The notes: a model not told the origin generated them from the letters alone. Shown: positions 1-9,672, counted from the stretch's first letter. The stretch: 64,000 nt of DNA from an uncultured Syntrophobacter sp. (GCA_964539645.1 CAZIJV010000008.1:19461-83460), one strand, 5' to 3'. Numbers and translations: made by a program.

Positions 1-74
1 AATGTCCACCAACGGAAGCCGGGAAAACAGCTTTGCCGGGCCGAGAGCCTGATCGGGCGATAGAGGAGAAGAAG

Positions 75-1592
75 ATGGAACTGGGAATCTATCCGGAGAG
101 AGCGGAATTCAGGGAGATGGCGACAAGGGGAAATCTCATTCCGGTCTGCCTTGAGCTGCTGGCCGATACCGAGACTCCGGTCTCTGCTCTTGCCAAGATA
201 TACAAGGGGCAGGGTCCTGTTTTCCTGCTGGAAAGCATGGAAGGTGGAGAGCGCTGGGGACGATACAGTTTCCTGGGTAACTCGGCGACGAAGACGATCA
301 GTATCTACCGTGATGAAGTGGAAATCCAGAATGGTATGAAGGTGGAGAAATTCGCCCATGAGGGCAATCCTCTAAACGCCCTGCGCTCGGTCATGGCCGC
401 TTTCAAACCGGTTACCCTGCCCAGGCTTCCCCGGTTCTGGGGAGGAATGGTCGGCTTTTTCAGCTATGAGTTCGTCTCCTTTTTCGAAGCGATACCCAAC
501 AAGATGCCTGCCAATGTTCCCCTTGCGCAATTCATTCTGCCCGGCCAGCTTTTTATATTCGACAACGTCAAGCATACTCTGACGCTCGTCGCCTACGGAC
601 ACGTTGAAAACGGCGACGCGGATGCGGCCTACGACAAGGCGCTGGACATGCTGGCGGAGATGAGAAAAAAACTGGCGGGTCCTCCGCGGACTACCCTTCC
701 TGCCGGTACGGAGCGATTCCCGCTCGAGCAGGAAGGCAAACCGGAGGATTATCGTGCAGGGGTGGCCAGGATAAAGGAGTACATAACAGAAGGAGATATT
801 ATCCAGGCGGTTTACTCTCAGCAGTTCAGTTGCCCTGATCCTCCCGACCCATGGTCTCTTTATCGCGCACAGCGCTTCATAAACCCCTCCCCATATCTCT
901 ATTTTCTGCATATCGGCGACACGGTTCTCATCGGTTCATCTCCGGAAACCATGGTGCGTTTGGAAAGCGGAACTGCGATTCTTCGTCCGATAGCCGGGAC
1001 CCGCCCTCGGGGCAAGACGGAGCAGCAGGACAGGACGCTTGCCGATGAGTTGCTCCAGGATGAGAAAGAACGAGCTGAACACCTGATGCTGGTGGACCTC
1101 GGGCGAAACGACCTGGGCAGGGTGGCTGAAATCGGATCGGTGCAGGTAACCGATCTGATGGTGGTCGAGAGATATTCCCACGTGATGCATCTTGTCTCCA
1201 ACATCAACTGCGACCTGGCGGAGGGTCTCGATGCCTTCGATTTGTTCCGAGCGACTTTCCCGGCAGGGACTCTCAGCGGCGCGCCCAAGGTCAGGGCGAT
1301 GGAGATTATCGCGGAACTGGAGGATGCGCCGCGCGGTCCCTATGGGGGAGCTATCGGCTACTTCTCCTATACCGGCAACATGGACCTGGCGATCACCATC
1401 AGGACCGCCTGCATCCAGGACGGTAAACTCACAGTGAGAGCGGGGGCCGGAATAGTCGCGGACTCAGATCCCGAGCGGGAAAGGGTCGAGACGGTCAACA
1501 AGGCGAAATCCATCCAGAAGGCGCTCCAGATGCTGGAGGGCGATGGTTTGAAACTGGGCGCGGGGGCCAGAACCGGCGCCAAATCGTCCTGA
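75..1592 (+). CDS. trpE: anthranilate synthase component I
   Basis: ORF 33..1592 opens with TTG at 33. I chose the ATG at 75, which follows GAGGAG at 64-69. Chorismate-binding family motifs: LLESMEGGERWGRYSF, GDIIQAVYSQ, PSPYLYFL, GTLSGAPKVRAMEII, RGPYGGAIGY. trpG-D-C-F follow directly. Confidence 0.93.
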   Translation: MELGIYPERAEFREMATRGNLIPVCLELLADTETPVSALAKIYKGQGPVFLLESMEGGERWGRYSFLGNSATKTISIYRDEVEIQNGMKVEKFAHEGNPLNALRSVMAAFKPVTLPRLPRFWGGMVGFFSYEFVSFFEAIPNKMPANVPLAQFILPGQLFIFDNVKHTLTLVAYGHVENGDADAAYDKALDMLAEMRKKLAGPPRTTLPAGTERFPLEQEGKPEDYRAGVARIKEYITEGDIIQAVYSQQFSCPDPPDPWSLYRAQRFINPSPYLYFLHIGDTVLIGSSPETMVRLESGTAILRPIAGTRPRGKTEQQDRTLADELLQDEKERAEHLMLVDLGRNDLGRVAEIGSVQVTDLMVVERYSHVMHLVSNINCDLAEGLDAFDLFRATFPAGTLSGAPKVRAMEIIAELEDAPRGPYGGAIGYFSYTGNMDLAITIRTACIQDGKLTVRAGAGIVADSDPERERVETVNKAKSIQKALQMLEGDGLKLGAGARTGAKSS

Positions 1593-1604
1593 AAGGAGAA
1601 AGAA

Positions 1605-2198
1605 ATGCTCTACATGATCGATAATTACGACTCCTTTACGTATAACCTCTACCAGTATTTCAGAATGCTGGGGGCGGATGTGCGGGTTGAGCGAAATGAT
1701 GCCGTATCAGTCGAGGAAATCGAGAAGCTCCAGCCCTCTGCAATAGTCGTATCTCCCGGCCCGTGCAGGCCCGAGGATGCCGGAGTCTCCATTGCCGCCA
1801 TCAGGAAATTTTCCGGCGTTATTCCGGTCCTGGGCATTTGCCTCGGCCATCAGGCCATCGCCGCTGCCTACGGCGCCGAAGTGGTACATGCGAAAAGACT
1901 CATGCATGGGAAAGTATCGACAATTACGGCCGACGGCAGGGCGATTTACGCAGGGGTTTCCAGTCCTTTTCAGGCAATGAGGTATCACTCGCTTGCCGTT
2001 GCGGAGCAAACACTTCCTGAGTACCTGGAGGTCACCGCACGCTCCGAGGACGGAGAAGTGATGGGGATTCGCCACAAACACCACGCAACCGAGGGACTGC
2101 AGTTTCATCCCGAATCCATCATGACCCCGGTGGGGAAAAGGCTTCTGAGGAATTTCCTCGGTATGGTCAAGGCAAAAAATGGAGGAAATGGAAGATGA
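1605..2198 (+). CDS. trpG: anthranilate synthase component II (glutamine amidotransferase)
   Basis: 197-aa ORF with a class-I GATase triad context: PVLGICLGHQAI and GLQFHPESI. AAAGGAGA lies upstream. Position is between trpE and trpD. Confidence 0.93.
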   Translation: MLYMIDNYDSFTYNLYQYFRMLGADVRVERNDAVSVEEIEKLQPSAIVVSPGPCRPEDAGVSIAAIRKFSGVIPVLGICLGHQAIAAAYGAEVVHAKRLMHGKVSTITADGRAIYAGVSSPFQAMRYHSLAVAEQTLPEYLEVTARSEDGEVMGIRHKHHATEGLQFHPESIMTPVGKRLLRNFLGMVKAKNGGNGR

Positions 2199-3214
2199 TG
2201 CGAGAATATTTAAACAGGCTGATCCGGCGGGAAGATCTGAGCGAAGAGGAAACCAACGGTCTGATCGGCGAGATCATGTCCGGTAATGCCACGGACGCTC
2301 AGACGGGCGCTTTTATGGCCGCCCTGGCCACGAAGGGTGAAACGTACTCCGAGCTTGCGGGGGCGGCGCGGGCCATGCGGCGCAAAGCCACAAGGATACA
2401 GACCAATGCCGATGTCGTTGTGGACACCTGCGGAACCGGCGGAGACGGTCTTCACACCTTCAATATCTCCACCACGGCGGCTTTTGTGGTGGCCGGGTGC
2501 GGCGTTACAGTCGCAAAGCATGGAAATCGATCTGTTTCCAGCAAGTGCGGCAGCGCGGATCTGCTCGAGGCTTTGGGCGTCAACCTGGAAGTGGGGCCGG
2601 AAATTGTCGAGGAAGCCGTCAGGGAAATAGGAATCGGCTTTCTTTTCGCCCCTCTTTTCCACGGCGCCATGCGTCATGCCGCAAAGGCAAGGAAAGAACT
2701 CGGAGTGCGCTCTATTTTCAATATGCTCGGGCCTTTGACAAACCCGGCGGGCGCAAACTGCCAGTTGATCGGGGTCTACGCACCCGGACTCACGGAGATG
2801 TTTGCACGGGCGCTTAAGCTCCTGGGGGCAAAACGGTCCATGGTTGTCCACGGGCATGAAGGGCTGGATGAAATCAGTGTTTGCGCTCCCACAAGAATCT
2901 CGGAACTGAACGACGGACTGATCAGGACCTATGACCTCAGTCCGGATCAACTGCTCGGGCGGACCGCTGCCCCGAAGGATATGACCGGAGGAGGTCCGGT
3001 GGAAAATGCCGAGATCACCAGGAAAATTCTGTCCGGGGAAAAAGGGCCGCGGAGGGACGTCGTAGTGGTAAACGCCGGCGCCGCTTTGATGGTTGCAGGC
3101 AGGGCGGGAAGCATCCAGGAGGGAATCAGGATGGCTGAAGATTCCATCGATGAGCACAGGGCTGTGCAAAAACTCGACGCACTTGTCAGGTTTACGAATG
3201 AAACGGGTAACTAG
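2195..3214 (+). CDS. trpD: anthranilate phosphoribosyltransferase
   Basis: 339-aa ORF overlapping the trpG stop by 4 nt (ATGATG). Motifs DTCGTGGDG and KHGNRSVSSKCGSADLLEALG are typical of TrpD. Confidence 0.95.
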   Translation: MMREYLNRLIRREDLSEEETNGLIGEIMSGNATDAQTGAFMAALATKGETYSELAGAARAMRRKATRIQTNADVVVDTCGTGGDGLHTFNISTTAAFVVAGCGVTVAKHGNRSVSSKCGSADLLEALGVNLEVGPEIVEEAVREIGIGFLFAPLFHGAMRHAAKARKELGVRSIFNMLGPLTNPAGANCQLIGVYAPGLTEMFARALKLLGAKRSMVVHGHEGLDEISVCAPTRISELNDGLIRTYDLSPDQLLGRTAAPKDMTGGGPVENAEITRKILSGEKGPRRDVVVVNAGAALMVAGRAGSIQEGIRMAEDSIDEHRAVQKLDALVRFTNETGN

Positions 3215-3230
3215 CCGGGACCGGAGCCTT

Positions 3231-4028
3231 ATGTCAGATTTTCTGGAAAAAATCCTTAGCCACAAGAGAGATGAAGTCGAAGCAGCGGCGCGGCTTGTAC
3301 CGGAAGCCTCGCTGCGACGGGAGGCAGGGAGTGCCGACAGGAGCGGGCGCAGGCGCTTATTCGACAGCCTGGCCGTTGCAGGTCCGCGTGGAATGAACGT
3401 CATTGCGGAAGTGAAGCGCGCATCTCCATCGAAAGGCAGAATCCGCGATGAGGTCGATCCCGCACATTATGCGCGCCTGTATGAAAAAGGCGGCGCGGCA
3501 GCCATTTCGGTCCTGACGGATAATGCATTCTTCAGTGGAAGCCCTGCCGACTATCGGCAGGCGCGGGCGGCCGTCAAACTTCCCGTGCTCAGAAAAGACT
3601 TCCTGATCAGTTCCTATCAGGTATACGAATCCGCGGTCATGGGAGCGGACGCTGTGTTGCTCATCGTGCGCGCCTTGTCGCCCGAGCTGCTTAAGGATCT
3701 GCTTGTGCTGTGCAGCAGCCTGGGACTGGATGCTCTTGTCGAGGTGCACGATGAGGCCGAATTTGAAATCGCGGCTGTTGCCGGAGCACAGATCGTAGGC
3801 GTGAACAACCGGGATCTGGCGACATTCAAAACCGACATCGGCGTTACGGTCCGCCTTGCCGGGCGAGCCGCCCCCGGACAGGTAATTGTCTCCGAGAGCG
3901 GTATCCATTCCAGGCTGGATATCGAACGTCTCCTGGATGCGGGAGTATGGAATTTCCTTATCGGGGAGAGCCTGATGAGGTCGGAAGATCCGGTGCAGAT
4001 GCTCGGGTCTTTACACGGGAATCTATGA
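3231..4028 (+). CDS. trpC: indole-3-glycerol phosphate synthase
   Basis: ORF 3093..4028. The start is trimmed to the ATG at 3231 (MSDFLEKILSHKRDEV), just after the trpD stop. Motifs: IAEVKRASPSKG, ISVLTD, LRKDF, VGVNNRDL. Confidence 0.92.
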   Translation: MSDFLEKILSHKRDEVEAAARLVPEASLRREAGSADRSGRRRLFDSLAVAGPRGMNVIAEVKRASPSKGRIRDEVDPAHYARLYEKGGAAAISVLTDNAFFSGSPADYRQARAAVKLPVLRKDFLISSYQVYESAVMGADAVLLIVRALSPELLKDLLVLCSSLGLDALVEVHDEAEFEIAAVAGAQIVGVNNRDLATFKTDIGVTVRLAGRAAPGQVIVSESGIHSRLDIERLLDAGVWNFLIGESLMRSEDPVQMLGSLHGNL

Positions 4029-4052
4029 ACAAAAAAGGCCCACGGCTGGAGA

Positions 4053-4751
4053 ATGCAAATGAATACCGGTGAAGAAGAAGTTCTGAAGATCTCCCGGCCG
4101 GTCCAGGTAAAGGTATGCGGACTGACCAGGGTGCACGAAGCAGTTGCGTGTGCCGAGGTTGGAGTCGATGCCATAGGGCTGGTTTTCTACCCTCCAAGCC
4201 CCCGGTTCGTCAGCGATCAGCTTGCGCGGGAAATCAGCTCCAGCCTCACTGAAAAGGTATGGAAGGTTGGGGTCTTCGTCAATGAACCCTACACCGCTGT
4301 GCTCAAAAAGGTGGAATTCTGCAGGCTCAGCGCGGTCCAACTCCACGGGGTGGAGTCGCCCGAAATGGTTGAAGCCCTGGAGACGGCCGGAGTCAGGGTG
4401 ATAAAATCCCTGTTTTTGAAAAAAGAGCCCGGGGTTTCCGAGGGATCCCGCTACCGGGCTTCCGCCTTTCTTGTCGAGAGCGGGGAGGGACGGCTTCCGG
4501 GCGGTAATGCCATGTCCTGGGATTGGGGCGCCGTAAGAGGCTCTCTCGGGAGTGCGCCTTGCATCCTGGCAGGAGGCTTGAGCCCTGAAAACGTTGCCGA
4601 AGCGATCAGGGCATTCGGTCCGGATGCGGTGGACGTCAGCTCCGGCGTGGAATCCGAACCCGGCAGAAAGGAGATCGGCAAGGTCCGGGCTTTTCTTAGG
4701 CAACTGAACAACACAAAATTAAACCGAGAGCCAAGTATTGTATTCTGTTAA
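4053..4751 (+). CDS. trpF: phosphoribosylanthranilate isomerase
   Basis: 232-aa ORF with VKVCGLT, AIGLVFYPPSPR, ILAGGLSPENV and VDVSSGVE, the PRAI TIM-barrel pattern. It is the last trp gene in the window. Confidence 0.9.
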   Translation: MQMNTGEEEVLKISRPVQVKVCGLTRVHEAVACAEVGVDAIGLVFYPPSPRFVSDQLAREISSSLTEKVWKVGVFVNEPYTAVLKKVEFCRLSAVQLHGVESPEMVEALETAGVRVIKSLFLKKEPGVSEGSRYRASAFLVESGEGRLPGGNAMSWDWGAVRGSLGSAPCILAGGLSPENVAEAIRAFGPDAVDVSSGVESEPGRKEIGKVRAFLRQLNNTKLNREPSIVFC

Positions 4752-4791
4752 GATTTCGAAGCTGATTCGGCAAATTTATTATAGACGTTTT

Positions 4792-4824
4792 CTATTTGAC
4801 AAATAGGAATAGCTCGGTTATTTG
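4792..4824 (+). promoter_or_regulatory. candidate promoter/operator upstream of the hdr supercluster
   Basis: 15-bp palindrome CTATTTG-A-CAAATAG at 4792-4806. It contains a perfect -35 hexamer TTGACA (4796-4801). A weak -10 candidate, TATTTG, follows after a 17-nt spacer (4819-4824). The site sits in the only AT-rich stretch of the 490-bp trpF-hdrA gap. Confidence 0.3.
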
Positions 4825-5241
4825 TTCGAGCGCGTTTAAAAATTCTCTTCCAGGAGTTCCCCCCATGTATCGATCTTTCGGCTTTGGCTGAAGCAGCGCT
4901 CTTGATCCTGCCCGGGTTAGGCAGGAGGAGGGCAAGGCCGGAAGATTGTTCCGAGTTTTTGCCGTCCGGAACTGAACTGAATCCTCGCTATCTTTTTTGA
5001 CGGTCGCGGCGCCCCCCAGCGGACCGCCCATCAGAAAGACCTGATCGCCCACTGGTCAATCATCAGCGTTGCAGATCCGTATGAGTTTTCAGATGGCTGC
5101 CCGCCGTGTGCTGGACTCTATGTCCTTTCGCGGGAGGACTGCCTTATGCTCAAGCGTATGCCGGGACCATCGCAAGATGGCTGCGAGAGCTTGTCAGCAA
5201 ACGCGACGGCGACAGTACTTATTTCACAGGAGTGAAACTGC

Positions 5242-8200
5242 ATGAACGATCTACTTCAGAAGCCGGTCACAGGCTCCGTAATGGTTATCGGTGGTGGTAT
5301 CGCTGGAATACAAGCGTCGCTGGACCTCGCCGATTCAGGCTATTACGTCTACCTGGTGGAAAGCGAACCATCCATCGGCGGGGTGATGGCGCAGCTCGAC
5401 AAGACCTTTCCAACCAACGATTGCGCCATGTGCATTATGTCGCCCAAGCTGGTCGAGGTCGGCCGGCATCTCAACGTCAAACTTCTCACTCTTTCGGAAG
5501 TTCACGAAGTCACCGGCGCCCCCGGCGACTTCACTGTAAAGCTTCTTCAGCAACCTCGCTTTATCGACACCTCAAAGTGTACCGGTTGCGGCGAATGTGC
5601 AAGGGTCTGCCCCATCGAGCGAAAGAATGAATACGACATGGAGCTGAACACCCGCCGTGCGGCGTTCCGCCGGTACGCCCAGGCCGTGCCGGGCGCCTTC
5701 TCGATCGAGAAGCGCGGTACATCTCCATGCAAAGCCACCTGTCCGGCGCATATCTCGGTCCAGGGATACGTCGCCCTGGCGGCAGAGGGCAAGTACCGGG
5801 AAGCTTTGAAGCTGATCAAAGAGGAAAATCCGCTTCCGGCCATTTGCGGCCGAGTCTGCCATCATCCGTGTGAATCCGCCTGCAAGCGCAGCGAATTTGA
5901 CGAGCCGGTCGCCATAGACTCCATCAAGCGCTTCCTCGCCGACCTGGACCTCAATTCAGAGACCCGGTACGTTCCGGAGATAAAAGAGAAGCGAAGCGAC
6001 AAGGTCGCTGTCATCGGCTCAGGCCCGGCGGGTCTTTCCTGCGCCTACTACCTGGCGATTGAAGGATACCAGGTGACGGTATTCGAGAAGCTTCCCGTGC
6101 TGGGCGGCATGCTCACAGTGGGCATTCCTTCCTACCGACTCCCCAAGAACACCATTGAGGCCGAAATCCAGGTCATGCGTGACATGGGTGTTGCGTTCAA
6201 GACGGGAGTGGAGATCGGCAAGGATTTCACCATCTCTCAACTGAGAAACCAGGGATTTAAGGCCTTTTTCATGGGCATCGGCGCCCACGAATGCAAGGCC
6301 CTCGGAATTCCGGGTGAGGAGTTCGAAGGGGTCGTTCCCGGCGTCCAGTACCTCAGGGATATCAATCTCGGCAAGAAGGTCGACCTTGGAGACCGCGTTG
6401 CGGTCATAGGCGGCGGCAATGTCGCCATGGATACCGTCCGAACCGCTCTTCGCAACGGATCGACCAAGCCGTTCATTATTTATCGCCGAAGCGAGAAAGA
6501 AATGCCCGCAAACGAGGAAGAGATCCACGAATGCCGCGAGGAAGGCATCGAGATCATGACCCTCACCAACCCGAAACGCATCATTGCAGAAAACGGGCGG
6601 GTAAAGGCGGTGGAATGCGTCAGGATGGAACTCGGAGAGCCGGACGCCAGCGGACGCAGACGCCCCGTGACGATAAAGGGTTCAGAGTTCATCATGGAAG
6701 TCGATGCGGTGGTTCCTGCAATCGGACAGGAGTCCGACTGGGCGTGCCTCACCGAGGAATGCGTCTGTACGCTCACCGACTGGGGAACCATGACGGTCGA
6801 CCCGCTCACCCTCCAGACGCACGATAACGATATCTTTGCAGGCGGAGACGCGGTGACCGGCCCGAAGACGGTCATAGAAGCTATCGCGGCAGGCAAGCAG
6901 TCGGCAATTTCGATCGACCGCTACATTCGAGGCGTAGACCTGAAAGAAGGCCGAGAGAAAGAATGGAACGCCATTCGGGAAGTCTCGACCGAAGGCTACG
7001 ATAGAATGCCCCGTGCACGGATGCCCGTTGTTGCTCCCGAGATCCGCACCGGCAATTTCGAAGAGGTGCAACTCGGTTTCACCGAAGAACAGGTTCGAGC
7101 GGAAGCCGCGCGCTGCCTGAGCTGCGGCGTCTGCTCGGAGTGCTATCAGTGCGTCGAGGCCTGCCTTGCAAATGCCGTTGTTCACGGTGATACGCCCAAA
7201 GAGATCGAACTAAACGTGGGCGCAATCATTGCCGCCCCCGGCTTCAAGCCTTTCAATCCTTCGAATTTTGACACCTATTCCTACGCGCAACTGCCCAACG
7301 TCGTCACCTCGATGGAATTCGAGCGCATCCTTTCGGCTTCCGGTCCCACCCAGGGTCACCTCGCGAGACCTTCGGACCATAAGGAACCCCGGAAGATAGC
7401 GTGGCTTCAGTGCGTGGGTTCGCGAGATATTCAACATTGCGATCACAAGTATTGCTCGGCGGTATGCTGCATGTACGCCATCAAAGAGGCTGTGATTGCC
7501 AAGGAGCATGCAAAAGGCGGCCTGGACACCGCTATTTTCTACATGGATATGAGGACCCACGGAAAGGACTTCGAAAATACCTACAACCGGGCACGCGATG
7601 AACATGGCGTCAGGTTTATCCGCTCCCGCATCCATAGCATCGACCCGATTCCGGGATCTGATGATCTTGAACTAAAGTATCTGACAGAAGAGGGGGAGAT
7701 CAAGGGCGAGAAGTTCGACATGGTCGTGCTCTCCGTGGGATTGGAAACCTCGCCCAAGGCCAAAAAACTCGCGCATAAGCTTGATCTGAATATGAATGAG
7801 GATGGTTTTTGCGCGCATAGCTCCTTTGAACCTGTTTCAGCAAGCAGGCCCGGGATCTTTGCATGCGGCGCCTTCCAGGGCCCCAAGGATATTCCTCAGT
7901 CCGTCATCGAGGCAAGCGCTGCCGCCGCGGCGGCCGGGGCGCTTCTTACAAGGGCAAGAGGCGATTTTGCACGGGCAAGGGTGGTGGCGCCGGCATTAAA
8001 CGTCACGGGTGAGCGCCCCAGAATCGGGGTTTTTGTCTGCCACTGCGGGATAAACATAGGTGGCACAGTGAATGTTCCTGCTGTGCGGGATTATGCAGGG
8101 ACTTTGCCCTTTGTAGAATATGTTGCGGACAATCTCTATACCTGCTCACAGGACACCCAGGATACCCTAAGGAAGGTCATACTGGAAAACAAACTGAACC

Positions 8201-9672
8201 GAATCGTCGTTGCCGCCTGTACGCCTCGGACCCATGAGCCCCTCTTCCAGGAAACGATGGAACAGGTGGGACTCAATCGGTACTTGTTTGAGATGGCCAA
8301 CATCCGAAATCTGGATTCCTGGGTGCATGCCAACGATCCGGAAGCAGCCACACAAAAAGCGAAAGACCTCGTCCGGATGGCGGTTTCCAAGGCCGCGCTG
8401 CTTGAACCGCTTCAGGAGCCCGAACTCCAGGTGGCGCAGAAAGCTTTGGTAATCGGCGGCGGAGTTGCCGGCATGATTGCCGCAAAAACCATAGCCGACC
8501 AGGGATATCCGGTGCATCTCGTGGAGCGATCCGAGCGGTTTGGGGGGCAGGCGTTGAGTCTGCACAAGACTTGGCGTGGTGAGGATATTCCAGCCTTTGT
8601 GGGAAGACTCTCGGAAGCCGTTTCCAATCACCCGCTGATTAGCGTCCATCTTTCAAGCAGGGTGGCGCAGGTGGATGGTTTTGTCGGAAACTTTAAAACG
8701 ACGATCCAAAACGGAACTGCTTCAGAAATCGTAGAACACGGCGTGGCGGTAATCGCCACGGGTGGAAGCGAAAGCGTTCCAAATGAATACCTCTATGGTA
8801 AAGATCCTCGGGTGATGACCCACCTGGATCTGGACAGGCGCTTTGCCGATAATGATCCACGCTTAAAAGAGATCCGGAAGGCTGTTTTCATTCAATGCGT
8901 GGGTTCGCGCGAACCCCAGCGGCCTTACTGCAGCCGTCTATGCTGCACGAACACATTGCAAAGCGCCCTGCACTTGAAGGAACTCAATCCCGGCTGCGAT
9001 ATCTATGTGCTCTATCGAGACCTGAGAAGCTACGGAGAACGTGAGTCCCTCTTTCTCGAAGCCCGAAGGCAAGGCGTGATCTTTGTCCGCTATGGGCTCG
9101 ATGAGAAGCCTGTCGTGGCGGCCCGGGACGGAAAACTCCATGTAACGGTCAAAGATCATATCCTGCAACGTCCCGTGATGATCGATGCCGATCTGCTCAC
9201 ACTGGCCGCGGCCATCGTCCCGAACGAAAACGACGCCCTGGCCCAGTTTTTTAAAGTTCCCGTAAACGCGGACGGCTTCTTCCTCGAAGCCCACGTCAAA
9301 CTCCGCCCGGTTGACTTTGCAACTGACGGCGTTTTCCTGTGCGGCCTGGCTCATTATCCCAAACCCATCGACGAGAGCATTGCACAGGCCCAGGCAGCGG
9401 CATCTAGGGCGGCTACCATTCTTGCCAAGCAGACGATCCTCTTTGCTGGAACGGTTGCATCCACCAACCAGTTGGATTGCAGCGCCTGCGGGACTTGCGT
9501 GAGCATCTGCCCCTACTCCGCTCCGGGCTGGAATGAAAAGAGTGGGAAGGCGGAAATCAACCCTGCGCTGTGCAAGGGATGCGGACTGTGTGCGGCATCG
9601 TGCCGCTCCGGGGCCATTCGGCTCCAGGGCTTTGATGACGCCCAAATCCTCGCCATGATCGAGAGTCTCTAA
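5242..9672 (+). CDS. hdrA: HdrL-type giant heterodisulfide-reductase subunit A-like flavoprotein (HdrA + inserted GltD/NfnB-like NAD(P)H module + second HdrA-like half)
   Basis: 1476-aa ORF. N-terminus: VMVIGGGIAGIQASLDLADSG, TNDCAMCI, CTGCGECARVCP. Residues ~160-625 resemble the glutamate synthase small subunit/NfnB: CGRVCHHPCESAC, VAVIGSGPAGLSCAYYL, VAVIGGGNVAMD, ELGEPDASGRRRP, FAGGDAVTGP. The HdrA core then resumes: WLQCVGSRD, YCSAVCCMYA, RIGVFVCHCGINIGG, a second Rossmann ALVIGGGVAGMIAAK, and C-terminal CSACGTCVSICP / CKGCGLCAASC. Confidence 0.9.
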   Translation: MNDLLQKPVTGSVMVIGGGIAGIQASLDLADSGYYVYLVESEPSIGGVMAQLDKTFPTNDCAMCIMSPKLVEVGRHLNVKLLTLSEVHEVTGAPGDFTVKLLQQPRFIDTSKCTGCGECARVCPIERKNEYDMELNTRRAAFRRYAQAVPGAFSIEKRGTSPCKATCPAHISVQGYVALAAEGKYREALKLIKEENPLPAICGRVCHHPCESACKRSEFDEPVAIDSIKRFLADLDLNSETRYVPEIKEKRSDKVAVIGSGPAGLSCAYYLAIEGYQVTVFEKLPVLGGMLTVGIPSYRLPKNTIEAEIQVMRDMGVAFKTGVEIGKDFTISQLRNQGFKAFFMGIGAHECKALGIPGEEFEGVVPGVQYLRDINLGKKVDLGDRVAVIGGGNVAMDTVRTALRNGSTKPFIIYRRSEKEMPANEEEIHECREEGIEIMTLTNPKRIIAENGRVKAVECVRMELGEPDASGRRRPVTIKGSEFIMEVDAVVPAIGQESDWACLTEECVCTLTDWGTMTVDPLTLQTHDNDIFAGGDAVTGPKTVIEAIAAGKQSAISIDRYIRGVDLKEGREKEWNAIREVSTEGYDRMPRARMPVVAPEIRTGNFEEVQLGFTEEQVRAEAARCLSCGVCSECYQCVEACLANAVVHGDTPKEIELNVGAIIAAPGFKPFNPSNFDTYSYAQLPNVVTSMEFERILSASGPTQGHLARPSDHKEPRKIAWLQCVGSRDIQHCDHKYCSAVCCMYAIKEAVIAKEHAKGGLDTAIFYMDMRTHGKDFENTYNRARDEHGVRFIRSRIHSIDPIPGSDDLELKYLTEEGEIKGEKFDMVVLSVGLETSPKAKKLAHKLDLNMNEDGFCAHSSFEPVSASRPGIFACGAFQGPKDIPQSVIEASAAAAAAGALLTRARGDFARARVVAPALNVTGERPRIGVFVCHCGINIGGTVNVPAVRDYAGTLPFVEYVADNLYTCSQDTQDTLRKVILENKLNRIVVAACTPRTHEPLFQETMEQVGLNRYLFEMANIRNLDSWVHANDPEAATQKAKDLVRMAVSKAALLEPLQEPELQVAQKALVIGGGVAGMIAAKTIADQGYPVHLVERSERFGGQALSLHKTWRGEDIPAFVGRLSEAVSNHPLISVHLSSRVAQVDGFVGNFKTTIQNGTASEIVEHGVAVIATGGSESVPNEYLYGKDPRVMTHLDLDRRFADNDPRLKEIRKAVFIQCVGSREPQRPYCSRLCCTNTLQSALHLKELNPGCDIYVLYRDLRSYGERESLFLEARRQGVIFVRYGLDEKPVVAARDGKLHVTVKDHILQRPVMIDADLLTLAAAIVPNENDALAQFFKVPVNADGFFLEAHVKLRPVDFATDGVFLCGLAHYPKPIDESIAQAQAAASRAATILAKQTILFAGTVASTNQLDCSACGTCVSICPYSAPGWNEKSGKAEINPALCKGCGLCAASCRSGAIRLQGFDDAQILAMIESL

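Noticed and set aside
3093-3230. N-terminal extensions offered by the ORF track (3093, 21387, 22338, 23701, 25059, 31407, 31919, 35152, 38821, 46573, 46772, 51724)
   Set aside because: In each case the extension overlaps the upstream gene or has junk-like composition, whereas an internal ATG or GTG with a good SD gives an N-terminus typical of the family. I therefore used the trimmed starts.
2210-3403. 397-aa minus-strand ORF over trpD/trpC. Similar long antisense ORFs occur at 17944..18990, 21360..22541, 37668..38597, 49487..50542, 50576..51529, 51601..52752 and 61676..62821, with a plus-strand example at 53741..54604.
   Set aside because: Each one overlaps a confidently identified gene on the other strand and shows Arg/Gly/Pro-rich, low-complexity translation. 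I treated all of them as non-coding.
5106-5630. 174-aa plus-strand ORF overlapping the hdrA start
   Set aside because: It is out of frame with, and mostly inside, the strongly supported hdrA ORF. The product is Arg-rich and lacks motifs.
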